From: Defluviitaleaceae bacterium
GTDB taxonomy: Bacteria > Bacillota > Clostridia > Lachnospirales > WQUN01
Direction of reading: 5' to 3'
Length of the DNA stretch: 57,371 bases
Assembly (NCBI GenBank): GCA_009788085.1
Contig: WQSB01000002.1
Coordinates: 1 to 57,371, forward strand
The notes beneath the pieces are model-generated. The model did no database searches and was not told where the DNA came from. It was given only the letters and a program-made list of their open reading frames with translations. Below, piece after piece: positions 1 to 8,999 of the stretch; the first letter of the stretch is position 1, and each line of letters begins with the position of its first letter. Position numbers and translations under genes: made by a program.

Positions 1-1
1 G

Positions 2-1033
2 GAGCTGCCCGCCGCCCTCGACCCGGACGAATTCGACGAGGTCAACAAGGGCCATCACAGAGGAGTGCTGTCGTCGCTGCGGGACGATTACGGTAATCTT
101 ACAACCAAGCGAATCTGCCCGTTTTGCCACAACGATATCCCCCAAAGCGCGGGATTTGCACCCAGCACGATTATCTCCGTGGTGGGCGCGACCCAATCGG
201 GCAAATCGGTGTATCTCACCAGTTTGATTCACACGTTAAAAACCGTTACGCCCCGCAACTTTCCTATTTTCTGTACGCCCATCAGCAACGAAATGGGGCG
301 CAAATTCAAATTCGAATACGAGGACCCGCTAATCGAAAACGGAATGCTGCTTAATCCCACCCAAAAGGAAAAGCAGCAGGAGCCGTTTATTTTTACGTTT
401 TCGTTTTCAGACGACACCAAACCGGAAATTAATATCGCTTTCTTTGACGTGGCCGGTGAGGGTATGGTTGACACATCTTACATGGATATCTACGCCGCTC
501 ATATCCGCAACTCGTCGGGGATTCTTTTCTTGGTTGACCCGTTGCAGTTCCGTTCTGTAGGGCGCAAAATTTTATTAAAAAATAATTTGGATTACGAACT
601 GCGCTTCTCAGACGAGCCCACGGATGTTCTCAGCGGCCTGGTGGAGGATTACATTTACAAGCAGGGGGGCGGCGTTTCGGATATCCCAACGGCAGTTGTT
701 TTGACCAAAACGGATTTGCTGGAGGCCCTGCAAGCCGACGGTGAATATATCCACAAGGACAGTCATTTTTTTGCAAACTACACTCACAAGGGATTTTTTA
801 ATATGCTCGAATTTTACAATATCGACGGCGAAACAGACGAGTTCATCGGCGATGTTGACCCAAATTTTCGAAACGCTCTGAAGCGGCGTTTTTCAGACTT
901 GGGATTTTTTGCCGTTTCCGCGCTGGGAACGCAGCCCGACGGGCAACGAGTGGCATCCTTTACGCCCATTCGTGTGGATGAGCCGTTTTTGTGGCTGCTT
1001 TTCCGGCTGGGTTACATCGAAGGCCGTGATTGA
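2..1033 (+). CDS. P-loop GTPase (TRAFAC-type, DO-GTPase-like), 5' end cut by window edge
   Basis: The frame is open from nt 2, with no stop before the listed start at 65. A CPFC zinc-ribbon-like motif is followed by Walker A GATQSGKS, Walker B/switch II DVAGEG and [NT]KxD as TKTD. Confidence 0.7.
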   Translation, partial: ELPAALDPDEFDEVNKGHHRGVLSSLRDDYGNLTTKRICPFCHNDIPQSAGFAPSTIISVVGATQSGKSVYLTSLIHTLKTVTPRNFPIFCTPISNEMGRKFKFEYEDPLIENGMLLNPTQKEKQQEPFIFTFSFSDDTKPEINIAFFDVAGEGMVDTSYMDIYAAHIRNSSGILFLVDPLQFRSVGRKILLKNNLDYELRFSDEPTDVLSGLVEDYIYKQGGGVSDIPTAVVLTKTDLLEALQADGEYIHKDSHFFANYTHKGFFNMLEFYNIDGETDEFIGDVDPNFRNALKRRFSDLGFFAVSALGTQPDGQRVASFTPIRVDEPFLWLLFRLGYIEGRD

Positions 1034-2153
1034 GCGGCAGTTTTACACACGCGAACGGCGAGGGCTGTTCCGTTCTTCGGAGGGGTATGACAGCGTGGCA
1101 AGGTCTCCGGGTTTGACGGACGCTTTCATAAAGGAAAAAATTCATCCCTATTGCACGTATTCCTCCCCCGCACCAAGGGTACAAACCGTCGTTCATTATC
1201 CCTGCGGAAGAATGCTGCTTGGTCAGGCCGCCTATGTACCCGAGGATTTTACCGGACGGCGGTCTACTTTTTTTTCTCACAATTATGTAATCCCCCCGGC
1301 GATTGCCGGGCTGCTACTGGAGGACATGGCGGGGCTGCTGACAACCCGGTTTGAAACTTCCTATGATATTTCCCTTGATGGCGTGCTTGAGCCGCTGGAG
1401 TTTTTGCCGCGGGATACACACTTGTGCACCGGTTCACTCTTGCCGCAAGTGGAGGAAGGGATAATCTCCAAAATTGCGGAATGCGTTTGCGAGTCCGTAC
1501 AAGCCTCGAAAAAAACCTATGTTCTTGTACCCGATTCCACCGGCGATATGTTTGAATTCGTACGCGGGGTGCTGATTTCGTTATATCAGCGACTGCCGGA
1601 ATGGGTCAAACATCAGCTGGGCTTTTGCACCTTTGCCCGTGAGCCCGATAAAAGAAAGGGCATTCATTTAGTCTTTTTGGTACAACCTTTTTTACGCCCC
1701 ACAGATTCATGCTTTGCCGGGGATTTTATCATACATATAAGCAACGAGGATGAGAATAATAACCGGGACGTTACGGCCGTAAGCGGCGTTTTTGGAGCGT
1801 TTTTGGATTCCCGGATTCAGGCCTTTACAATCGGGCGTTTCTTTACGGAAATGGATTTCTGGCGTGTGCGACTGCCTAGTTACTGTGATATAATCTCAAA
1901 AACGGAGCGGAACTGGCTGGATAAAAAATTAGACAGCTTAACGCTCTCGCAGCTTAGGGAGATTCCGCAAAAATTTATCAAACGCGGGCTGGCCGACGAT
2001 GATTTTTCGATTTATGTGATGCTTTCCATTTTAAAAACAGCGGTTACCGATTTTAATACAGACCCCCGATATCTCTTGGGCAGTTACTTTTTAAGCCCCG
2101 CAAACTATGATAGAATTGCAAAAAATCTGCGCCGCCTTGAAGGAGCAATTTAA
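1026..2153 (+). CDS. GTPase-associated protein, GAP1-N2-like N-terminus (uncharacterised)
   Basis: GTG at 1026 overlaps the upstream stop (GTGATTGA). The N-terminus QFYTRERRGLFRSSEGYDSVARSPGL and the segment GRRSTFFSHNYVIPP resemble GAP1-type partners of double-GTPase systems, recognised from memory only. Confidence 0.5.
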   Translation: MIERQFYTRERRGLFRSSEGYDSVARSPGLTDAFIKEKIHPYCTYSSPAPRVQTVVHYPCGRMLLGQAAYVPEDFTGRRSTFFSHNYVIPPAIAGLLLEDMAGLLTTRFETSYDISLDGVLEPLEFLPRDTHLCTGSLLPQVEEGIISKIAECVCESVQASKKTYVLVPDSTGDMFEFVRGVLISLYQRLPEWVKHQLGFCTFAREPDKRKGIHLVFLVQPFLRPTDSCFAGDFIIHISNEDENNNRDVTAVSGVFGAFLDSRIQAFTIGRFFTEMDFWRVRLPSYCDIISKTERNWLDKKLDSLTLSQLREIPQKFIKRGLADDDFSIYVMLSILKTAVTDFNTDPRYLLGSYFLSPANYDRIAKNLRRLEGAI

Positions 2154-2154
2154 A

Positions 2155-3057
2155 ATGACCATCATACGAACAACCTTTGATTGGGCAGGGGCATTGTACA
2201 GCCGGTGGTTTGCCGATTGGTTGCATGTGCATTTTATAATACGCACCGTTTTGCTTCTTCTGTTAATGTGGCTGATAATTTTCCTTGGGGCGCAGTTGTT
2301 CAAATACGTTTTGCTGCCCCTTGTTTTAATGCTCTATTATCATGTTTTTTTCCGCGCTTGGAACTTTCTGTTTGTGGAAACCCCTCAGGAATGGCTTTAT
2401 TTGCGATATCATTCCAAGGACAAGCCCGACCACGCCCAGCTGTACTCTCGCCTGTGCGACAAGGTCAAAAGGAATCGTTTGATTTTGAAGCATACAAAAT
2501 TTGCCGGCATGATGATTCGCGCGAGACGCCCGGCCTCCGTTTTAATGTTCATTTGTCTTGTGGCGTCTACCCTTTGGATATCGGCCTTTGGCCTGCATCA
2601 GGAATATGCGGCCCCGGCTTTGGTCTTGATTGATAACACGGCCGACAGAGACATGCAGGATTCAGACGTGCCGGATTTGGACTTGCCTCCCGACGAGAGC
2701 AGCAATAACGAAAATGATTTGTACGATTATTATACTCCCGGGGAAGCTGAAGCAGAGCCCACCCCCGGAAGCCATGCAGTCTACGCGCCCGGCACAATAA
2801 ACCCCGCCGGGTGGCCGGCTGAGTCGAATATTAGGCTTTCCTTAACAGAGCAGGGAGCCCAAGGCGCAAGACTGCGCGACGGCCCCGGCATCGCCGGGAA
2901 TACGATTATAGAAATCTTATGGGACGACACATTAGTGACGTATCTTCATTCCTTTGTGCCGGACGTTTATGTAAACGGCTTATACTGGCTTCGCGTTCGC
3001 ACCCCCGGCGGCGCGGAGGGTTATATCAGCAGTCAGCTGGTGGAGGTCGCGGGCTAG
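2155..3057 (+). CDS. Multi-pass membrane protein with acidic linker and C-terminal SH3b-like domain
   Basis: ATG lies 1 nt after the upstream stop (TAAAATG). There are three hydrophobic segments. The C-terminus ARLRDGPGIAGNTIIEILWDD...YWLRVRTPGGAEGYISSQLVEV is typical of bacterial SH3. Confidence 0.6.
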   Translation: MTIIRTTFDWAGALYSRWFADWLHVHFIIRTVLLLLLMWLIIFLGAQLFKYVLLPLVLMLYYHVFFRAWNFLFVETPQEWLYLRYHSKDKPDHAQLYSRLCDKVKRNRLILKHTKFAGMMIRARRPASVLMFICLVASTLWISAFGLHQEYAAPALVLIDNTADRDMQDSDVPDLDLPPDESSNNENDLYDYYTPGEAEAEPTPGSHAVYAPGTINPAGWPAESNIRLSLTEQGAQGARLRDGPGIAGNTIIEILWDDTLVTYLHSFVPDVYVNGLYWLRVRTPGGAEGYISSQLVEVAG

Positions 3058-3071
3058 TGTCCCATCCGACG

Positions 3072-3293
3072 AAAAGCCGAAGGGTTTAGTTTGGAGCTCA
3101 TGAGGCGTGGGAATGCTCGCGCTAACGCTTGCCATGCGATGATTGAGACTGCTCGGGAAGTGCCTGTGCAGGTCTTGCTCCGCAAGCCCGGCGATGGCAC
3201 TAACCCTCGCCTGTCTCACTAATCGCACGACTTCGCTAGTCGCACTCGTCATTCCCACGCCTCATGAGCTCCAAACTAAGCCCTTCGGCTTTT
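3072..3293. repeat. Long palindromic element: 44-bp terminal inverted repeats around a 134-nt partly self-complementary core (MITE-like or structured RNA)
   Basis: Segment 3072-3115 is the reverse complement of 3250-3293 at 43/44 positions, and the one mismatch would be a G-U pair. Inner segments such as GCGATGATTGAGAC/GTCTCACTAATCGC and AGTGCC/GGCACT also pair. Confidence 0.8.
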
Positions 3294-3331
3294 TGCCGGA
3301 TAGGGTGAGGGTGGGCGGTAGGAGAGATAGT

Positions 3332-4852
3332 ATGTATATTGTAAAAGGGCATGAAATGCGCGAATTAGAAAACCGCGCCATGAAAAAATATGCTATTCCG
3401 TCTGTTTTGCTGATGGAAAATGCCGCGCTACAAGTGGTTAAGAACGGGCTTAGGCTGTTGAATGATAGGTCCGCCGGGAATGTAACAGTGGTTTGCGGCA
3501 GCGGCAACAACGGCGGAGACGGACTGGCATCGGCGCGGCTTTTTTATACAAAGGGGCACAATGTGCGGGTGGCGTACATTGGGGATATATCAAAAGCCCA
3601 AGGGGACGTTTTAATAAATTTGCGGATGGTTCAGCAAATGGGCATTCCCATCGAGGCCGACCCGGAAGCTTTGCCGGAGCTAGTAGCCGAATCCCATTTG
3701 GTGGTGGACGCCCTTCTGGGCATAGGCCTGTCGGGCCCGCTTCGCCCGAATTATGCCCGGGCCATAAACGCCATAAATACAGCGACGGTGCCGGTTTTAT
3801 CCGTTGACATCCCCTCTGGCGTGGACGCCGACACGGGAAAAGTCATGGATACCGCGGTTCACGCCCATACAACAGTAACCTTCGGACTGGCGAAAATCGG
3901 GCTGATGGCATATCCCGGCGCGGAATACGCCGGGCAGGTAATAATCGAAGATATTTCCCTTCCAGCGGAGGCGTTGAGCCCACCAGCGGGAGATCATTGG
4001 TTGCAAGCTTTGTGCCAGCCCGACATCGCGGCTTTGCTGCCGAAAAGGCCGGCCCGCTCCAACAAAGGCACCTTCGGTCGCATGTGCGTAATAGCAGGGT
4101 GCCGGGAAATGCCCGGGGCGGCAGTGCTGTGCTGCAAAGCCGCATACAAAGCGGGGGCGGGGTTGGTACACGCCTGCGTGGTTTGGGATGTTGCAAAAGT
4201 GATTCAGTCCTACGCTCACGAGGTCATTACAACAATTTTACCCGAAATTTTGCCCAATTCGGAACCCGACACCGAAGCCGTAGTCCCGCCGCAAGCCGAT
4301 GTAATCGCCATAGGGCCGGGCCTGGGGCGCAATCCCGAAAGCTTTGTTTTCGTGCGGAAAATAATGAACCAAGCCTCTGTACCACTGGTTATTGACGCGG
4401 ACGGCCTAATGGCCATTGCCGATGATATAACCGCCCTTAAATCCATAAAAGTGCCCTGCGTAATCACACCACACCCTGGGGAAATGGCCGCCCTAACCAA
4501 GCTTACGACCCCGGAGGTCACGGGCAATCTAATTGCCATCGCTCAAGAATTTGCCAAAACCCATGGCATAGTGACACTATTAAAAGACGCCCGCACGGTA
4601 ATTGCCTCACCGGACGGACGCACTTTTATAAATCTTACAGGAACACCGGCCCTTGCAAAGGCCGGAACCGGCGATGTCCTAACCGGCGTAATTGCCGCCT
4701 TAATCGCCCAGGGGCTGGCTGCTTTTGACGCGGCGGTGCTGGCTGCATATGTACACGGCTTTGCAGGCGAACTGGCCGCAAAGTCGCTTTCTGTTTATGG
4801 GGTAAATGCTAGCGATTTATTGGAATACCTGCCCTATGCTTTTATGCTGTAG
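3332..4852 (+). CDS. nnr: Bifunctional NAD(P)H-hydrate repair enzyme (epimerase + ADP-dependent dehydratase)
   Basis: The N-terminal YjeF_N-like segment reads MENAALQVV...VVCGSGNNGGDGL. The C-terminal carbohydrate-kinase domain reads GPGLG...TPHPGEMA...AKAGTGDVLTG. SD GGAGAG lies 5 nt upstream of ATG 3332. Confidence 0.9.
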   Translation: MYIVKGHEMRELENRAMKKYAIPSVLLMENAALQVVKNGLRLLNDRSAGNVTVVCGSGNNGGDGLASARLFYTKGHNVRVAYIGDISKAQGDVLINLRMVQQMGIPIEADPEALPELVAESHLVVDALLGIGLSGPLRPNYARAINAINTATVPVLSVDIPSGVDADTGKVMDTAVHAHTTVTFGLAKIGLMAYPGAEYAGQVIIEDISLPAEALSPPAGDHWLQALCQPDIAALLPKRPARSNKGTFGRMCVIAGCREMPGAAVLCCKAAYKAGAGLVHACVVWDVAKVIQSYAHEVITTILPEILPNSEPDTEAVVPPQADVIAIGPGLGRNPESFVFVRKIMNQASVPLVIDADGLMAIADDITALKSIKVPCVITPHPGEMAALTKLTTPEVTGNLIAIAQEFAKTHGIVTLLKDARTVIASPDGRTFINLTGTPALAKAGTGDVLTGVIAALIAQGLAAFDAAVLAAYVHGFAGELAAKSLSVYGVNASDLLEYLPYAFML

Positions 4853-5697
4853 GTATACGGAATACCCATCTGTTGCAGGCGTCCTATTCTTTCGTGTGTA
4901 TTTGGATGGGTTGAGTAAAGGGCTTTTAAAAAAGATTTCTGCGGGCTGTTTCTGCCAGTAGCATCTAACGCCTTGGCCAGCTGAACGCCATACCCTAGTT
5001 GAACGGCATAAGCATCAGCAGCATATTCATTTTCCCGCATCGACCATGATAGGAACAATATACAAAATTTTGTCCACAGCCAAATGATACCTCCAATCAC
5101 TATTCCTACAGCGGCTTTGACCCATGACCGGTTTCTGATTGCGGATATGACGGACCCTGTTGCTATAAGTACAGCAATCCCTCTCAAAATAAGGATAAAC
5201 ACAGTAATGAAAATATTGCCCCCTCCTATAAGCAGTTGTATTTCCGTATGACGATGTGCTAAATGTGCTATTTCATGTGATAGAAGCCCCAAGATTATTT
5301 CATCCGGCAGACGCATCAAACCTTCGGTAATGCAAATAGTCTTTCTGCCGATAGCATAGGCCTTAGCATCCGATGTGTATACTATTCTCAATTCAATCGT
5401 ATCAGCTAGGCCGGGCGTTTTCATTTTCGCCGTCCTATACACAGTTTCAAACAACGGTTCGATTCGTTTTTGCATATCAATCCTTTTTATCTTTTTTGCC
5501 CCAGCAAAAAAGCATAGCACCCATTCTCCAAACGGCGAAAAGGCCGCAAAAATTGACGCGATGTAAATTGCAAATACCACAGCCAAAACTTGAATGCCGC
5601 CACCTGAGAAAAATATTAGGACGGTCATTATATTAAGAAGGAAGAAAACGATTACACCTATGCCGGATTTTTTGAAGAGGTTTTTTGCTATATTCAT
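4834..5697 (-). CDS. M48-family (HtpX-like) integral-membrane zinc metalloprotease
   Basis: The protein has the HEIAHLAHRH (HExxH) motif, several TM segments and a C-terminal STHPNTHERI. Its ATG overlaps the upstream stop (ATGA). Confidence 0.8.
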   Translation of the reverse strand: MNIAKNLFKKSGIGVIVFFLLNIMTVLIFFSGGGIQVLAVVFAIYIASIFAAFSPFGEWVLCFFAGAKKIKRIDMQKRIEPLFETVYRTAKMKTPGLADTIELRIVYTSDAKAYAIGRKTICITEGLMRLPDEIILGLLSHEIAHLAHRHTEIQLLIGGGNIFITVFILILRGIAVLIATGSVISAIRNRSWVKAAVGIVIGGIIWLWTKFCILFLSWSMRENEYAADAYAVQLGYGVQLAKALDATGRNSPQKSFLKALYSTHPNTHERIGRLQQMGIPYTYSIKA

Positions 5698-6386
5698 TTG
5701 TCTTCACCAAATTCTGCCACAAAGTTTATGTATGTTATTGCGTCTCTTGCCATTTCCCGCGTTGCCCCTTCGCTAATGAGCCTGTCAATTAAATTATGCT
5801 TTGTAAAAATATCATTGCCCGCACGGCTTTCTATTAATAAAGCAAGGGCATTAAGCTCAAAAAGCGAAACACTCAACCACCGAATAATACCCCTGCACTC
5901 ATAATCATTTCGCAACAAATCAGACGCAAGTGCCTTAAAGGTACGCGAGCATAAAAACGCTTGGGGATAATCACGATGCATGGTTTGAAGCATACATATA
6001 ATTTTTTCAGAATGTCCATTGTCTACAACGAAAGTATCTTCATCCGGTTCGGGCTGATGGCCCTGTTTAATACAGGTGCTGTCCTCTACATATTTGGGTT
6101 GTCCGCTTCGCCTCTGTAGTAGCCTCATTGCTTCCAACATAGGCCCCGTATCCGGATAACCAAGCTCCGCCGCTTTTTCAAGCCAGTATACGGCACTCGC
6201 ATAATCATCTTCTTTAAGGTAACAATGACTTAGAATAGAATAATAATCGCCCATAGCACATTGGGCGTGAATATCGCCATTATCAGCCATTTGGTTCAGC
6301 TCATTAATGGAATATCTACGCCCTGTGCTAACATCGCAACCAAAAAGCTCCTTATTGTTATTGCTCATCTTTATTTCGATTTTCAT
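5694..6386 (-). CDS. Sel1-like repeat protein with uncharacterised C-terminal domain
   Basis: The N-terminus NGDIHAQCAMGDYY...ASAVYWLEKAAELGYPD is Sel1/TPR-like. The remaining ~130 aa were not recognised. The start is uncertain because there is no clear SD. Confidence 0.55.
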   Translation of the reverse strand: MKIEIKMSNNNKELFGCDVSTGRRYSINELNQMADNGDIHAQCAMGDYYSILSHCYLKEDDYASAVYWLEKAAELGYPDTGPMLEAMRLLQRRSGQPKYVEDSTCIKQGHQPEPDEDTFVVDNGHSEKIICMLQTMHRDYPQAFLCSRTFKALASDLLRNDYECRGIIRWLSVSLFELNALALLIESRAGNDIFTKHNLIDRLISEGATREMARDAITYINFVAEFGEDK

Positions 6387-6398
6387 AAAATATAAATA

Positions 6399-7808
6399 TT
6401 AAAGCTTTCCACGCAAGGTGCTTTTTAGCTTTTCAAACTCTTCCTTCAATTCGGGATTGTTTTCAATTTTCCGCCTTAAATTTGCTTCTTCTACTGATGC
6501 GGAATTATATTTTGATGATACACTATTGCGCCTGTTACTTTGGACGTCGGTTGTATTAATAAGATAGTACCCTGGAACAGCACATGCACCTGAAATGAGA
6601 AGAGAGATTACAATGACCCCACTTCCTCCCGAGAGGGCACCGATAAATGAGAGTAACATAAGGACTGCGATACCTAAGAGCATGAATCCAATGATACGCT
6701 TAATAGTTCTTAGCGCGGGATATTGCTCTTTACTGGCTTCGGCAGCTTTCTCATTAACAATCAGCACTTCTTCTTTTCGTTCTTCATCTTTTTTTCGTTC
6801 CTCATCTTTTTTGCGCTCTTCATCTTTACGGCGTTGTGCATCTTGTGAGAGTTGTTCTTCGCTTGGAAATGCATCTCGTATCAAGTGACTAATGTCCGCC
6901 CCATTCTTTTTCCACCGAGAACCGAGAGCTTTTATTATTTCATCTACAATGCGCGGCTCGGTTGCTTTTGGGCCCTTGGAAATTACCATCCCTAAGAAAG
7001 AGCTAAATTTCTCCTTTGCAGTTGCCAACTCTTGCTCGTGCAACTTCTCCATTGCCGTAATATGCATCGCGGGAAGGTGCGGGGGCGGATTTTTTTTGAA
7101 CAGGGCATGAGCTTTCTCTGCATATCCGATTCGCTTGGCAAGGGCAATAGCGACATTCACATCCGATTTGAAATAAGAATCTACTTGGCCACGGTCATCA
7201 AGACGCGAGTGAGCTTGATATGCAAGACTAATCCCGTTGTACTGCATGTATTCCAACGGGTTTTCAGATTCACTTTCCGCACGATGAACAGCTTCTGTTA
7301 TTAAACGAAAACCTTCTGCGGGGTTAGAAAACTTCACAAGTCCCGGCAATTTACTTATGTGCATGGTATCGGGTGAACCACAATATATTGTGCCAAGTTC
7401 AGCCATCGCTATAATATTTTTGTGGTCATAGACCAGCTTCTTGAAGCATTCAATAACGGTTGCCTCATTATCGCCCTCAATGCGGTTAGCGTACAAGTCC
7501 ATCAGTCCGAAGCGTGCGTGGGAATCCCCATTTTCCATAGCCTTTACTAACCAACGCACCGCTTCTTTAGGATTGTCCTCTATACATACAGGAAAATCAG
7601 AATCATAAAAAGCAGCAAACTCACGCTGGGCAACGCAATGACTTTGTTTTGCCGCTTTCTCCAGCCAGTCAAATGCTTTCTTTGGGTCTTGGTCAAAACC
7701 ATCTTCTCCATACCTGTATGCCCAGCCCAATTCAAATTGGCTTTCCACGTCGTTCTGTTCAGCACGGGTAATTAACTCTTGTTTTTGAGTTTCACTTAAC
7801 ATACGCAC
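6399..7808 (-). CDS. Sel1-like repeat protein with charged KDEER repeat and C-terminal double TM anchor
   Basis: Repeated Sel1 signatures are present (ESQFELGWAYRYG...KKAFDWLEKAAKQ; AVRWLVKAMENGD). These are followed by RRKDEERKKDEERKKDEERKEE and then two hydrophobic helices. SD GGGAGG precedes the ATG. Confidence 0.7.
   Translation of the reverse strand: MRMLSETQKQELITRAEQNDVESQFELGWAYRYGEDGFDQDPKKAFDWLEKAAKQSHCVAQREFAAFYDSDFPVCIEDNPKEAVRWLVKAMENGDSHARFGLMDLYANRIEGDNEATVIECFKKLVYDHKNIIAMAELGTIYCGSPDTMHISKLPGLVKFSNPAEGFRLITEAVHRAESESENPLEYMQYNGISLAYQAHSRLDDRGQVDSYFKSDVNVAIALAKRIGYAEKAHALFKKNPPPHLPAMHITAMEKLHEQELATAKEKFSSFLGMVISKGPKATEPRIVDEIIKALGSRWKKNGADISHLIRDAFPSEEQLSQDAQRRKDEERKKDEERKKDEERKEEVLIVNEKAAEASKEQYPALRTIKRIIGFMLLGIAVLMLLSFIGALSGGSGVIVISLLISGACAVPGYYLINTTDVQSNRRNSVSSKYNSASVEEANLRRKIENNPELKEEFEKLKSTLRGKL
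6781..6834. repeat. 3 x 18-bp in-frame tandem repeat (encodes RKKDEE units) inside CDS 6399-7808
   Basis: The units are TCTTCATCTTTTTTTCGT, TCCTCATCTTTTTTGCGC and TCTTCATCTTTACGGCGT on the + strand. Confidence 0.8.
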
Positions 7809-7830
7809 CTCCCTGTACGGTTATAAAATT

Positions 7831-8214
7831 TTATAGCGCGTCCCGAATAAGCTGACGAACCTCTTTGATGTGGTCAAAGCAGTTGTTACACCTTTTAATC
7901 ATCATAGCGATGCGTTGTTCTTGAGAGTTCTGCTTCTGCAACAATTGTAGAGCATCAAGCCATTGTTCAGCTTTTTGGGTGAGAGCAGGAAGGAATTCAC
8001 CTTCTTGTTCCCGGCGATAATTTTCCATGCTTGCACCTTTTCGCCCCCGACTATAATCGTCTATAGCATTCAGACGGTCTATGGATTTCACTCTGTCTAT
8101 CCCTTCTTTGTACTTACTGATACTAAAGGGCTGTCCGTCAGTAAAAAACAGATGCTCCATATTGGCTATTTCACCTTCAAGAACATTCAGTCTTTCGTTT
8201 ACAGCACTATCCAT
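7831..8214 (-). CDS. Hypothetical helical protein (127 aa)
   Basis: The ORF has SD GGGAGGA 8 nt upstream. It is packed 22 nt from the next gene. I recognised no family. Confidence 0.6.
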   Translation of the reverse strand: MDSAVNERLNVLEGEIANMEHLFFTDGQPFSISKYKEGIDRVKSIDRLNAIDDYSRGRKGASMENYRREQEGEFLPALTQKAEQWLDALQLLQKQNSQEQRIAMMIKRCNNCFDHIKEVRQLIRDAL

Positions 8215-8252
8215 TTATACATCCTCCCACAAAATATAATTTGATGCCTCGC

Positions 8253-8459
8253 TTAAAGCTCGTCTATAACTTTTTTCAACAAAGCAACTGTATGTTCATT
8301 CGCCTTGTATATTGCCATATTAACAAGACTTGCTGGTTCCATGTCTTTGCCAAAAGATTTAACCCAATTCATCCTGACTTCAGACATTTCATTTTGAACT
8401 CCAGACATAAGTTCATCTGCGAGTTTATCAATTGCATCATGTATTTTGTTTTTGTTCAT
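8253..8459 (-). CDS. Small hypothetical protein (68 aa)
   Basis: The internal ATG (MNKNKIHD...) has SD GAAGGGGG 8 nt upstream. The listed start at 8477 lacks an SD. Confidence 0.55.
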   Translation of the reverse strand: MNKNKIHDAIDKLADELMSGVQNEMSEVRMNWVKSFGKDMEPASLVNMAIYKANEHTVALLKKVIDEL

Positions 8460-8764
8460 GTTGGACACCCCCTTCATTTTTTAAATGCTGATGCACTATA
8501 ACATAGACGAGTGTAGCTCTACATTTCAAAACCATTTACGCTACCAGAATATGACCTATTGTCCGCGTTGAACTCACCAACCTTACTGCCGCCAGAAGTG
8601 TAAACGAAAAAGTTTCACTTAAACATAAGAACCTCCACGTATTTCCAGCCACCGTCGCCCTACAAAGCTTTCTATGTAGGACAATTCGTTCGACATGGTA
8701 AGTAAATCGCTGTTTTTTGTTGCTTTTAAACTAAGAACCAGCAAACTCACAGGCTGCCGCTCGT

Positions 8765-8986
8765 TTAATCCATTATTTCTGACCACTTTCGCGCACAACC
8801 CGAACAACCATCATTCTTAACTAGCCTCATCACCATAGCTAATGCCATTTGTTGCCCTTGTGGGATACCACCTGTTTCACGCAAACTTTTTTTAACCAAA
8901 TCAAGGGCTGCTCCGACATTGCCATTTGCTAAACCTCTACATGGGTTACATAAAGTGAAAGCGCGAATTTCGTCAAAAAAGTCCAT
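8765..8986 (-). CDS. Small Cys4 protein (73 aa; CNPC...CSGC)
   Basis: ATG at 8986 (MDFFDEI...) is preceded by AAGGAG 8 nt upstream. That SD sits directly after the stop of the 52-aa ORF. Confidence 0.6.
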   Translation of the reverse strand: MDFFDEIRAFTLCNPCRGLANGNVGAALDLVKKSLRETGGIPQGQQMALAMVMRLVKNDGCSGCARKWSEIMD

Positions 8987-8999
8987 AATTTCATCTCCT

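Noticed and set aside
909-1025. Upstream extension of the GAP1-like ORF overlapping the GTPase gene by about 120 nt
   Set aside because: There is no SD at the internal ATG. The recognisable domain begins right at the GTG at 1026, which overlaps the upstream stop. That start is still somewhat uncertain.
3143-3331. N-terminal 63-aa extension of the nnr ORF (and antisense ORF 2980-3258)
   Set aside because: Both are translations of the arms of the palindromic element (IPTPHELQTKPFGF appears in both). A good SD and the conserved Nnr N-terminus begin at 3332.
8686-8692. Spo0A-box-like heptamer TGTCGAA (minus strand) in the island gap
   Set aside because: A single 7-mer is expected by chance at this sequence length, and there is no second box or sigma-H/sigma-A context.
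8619-8807. 62-aa ORF in the 287-nt gap of the island
   Set aside because: It overlaps the 3' end of the 73-aa gene, has no SD at either candidate start and has no recognisable features. The gap is more likely non-coding and may hold an internal promoter (TTGAAA-18-TATGTT), which I also consider too weak to call.
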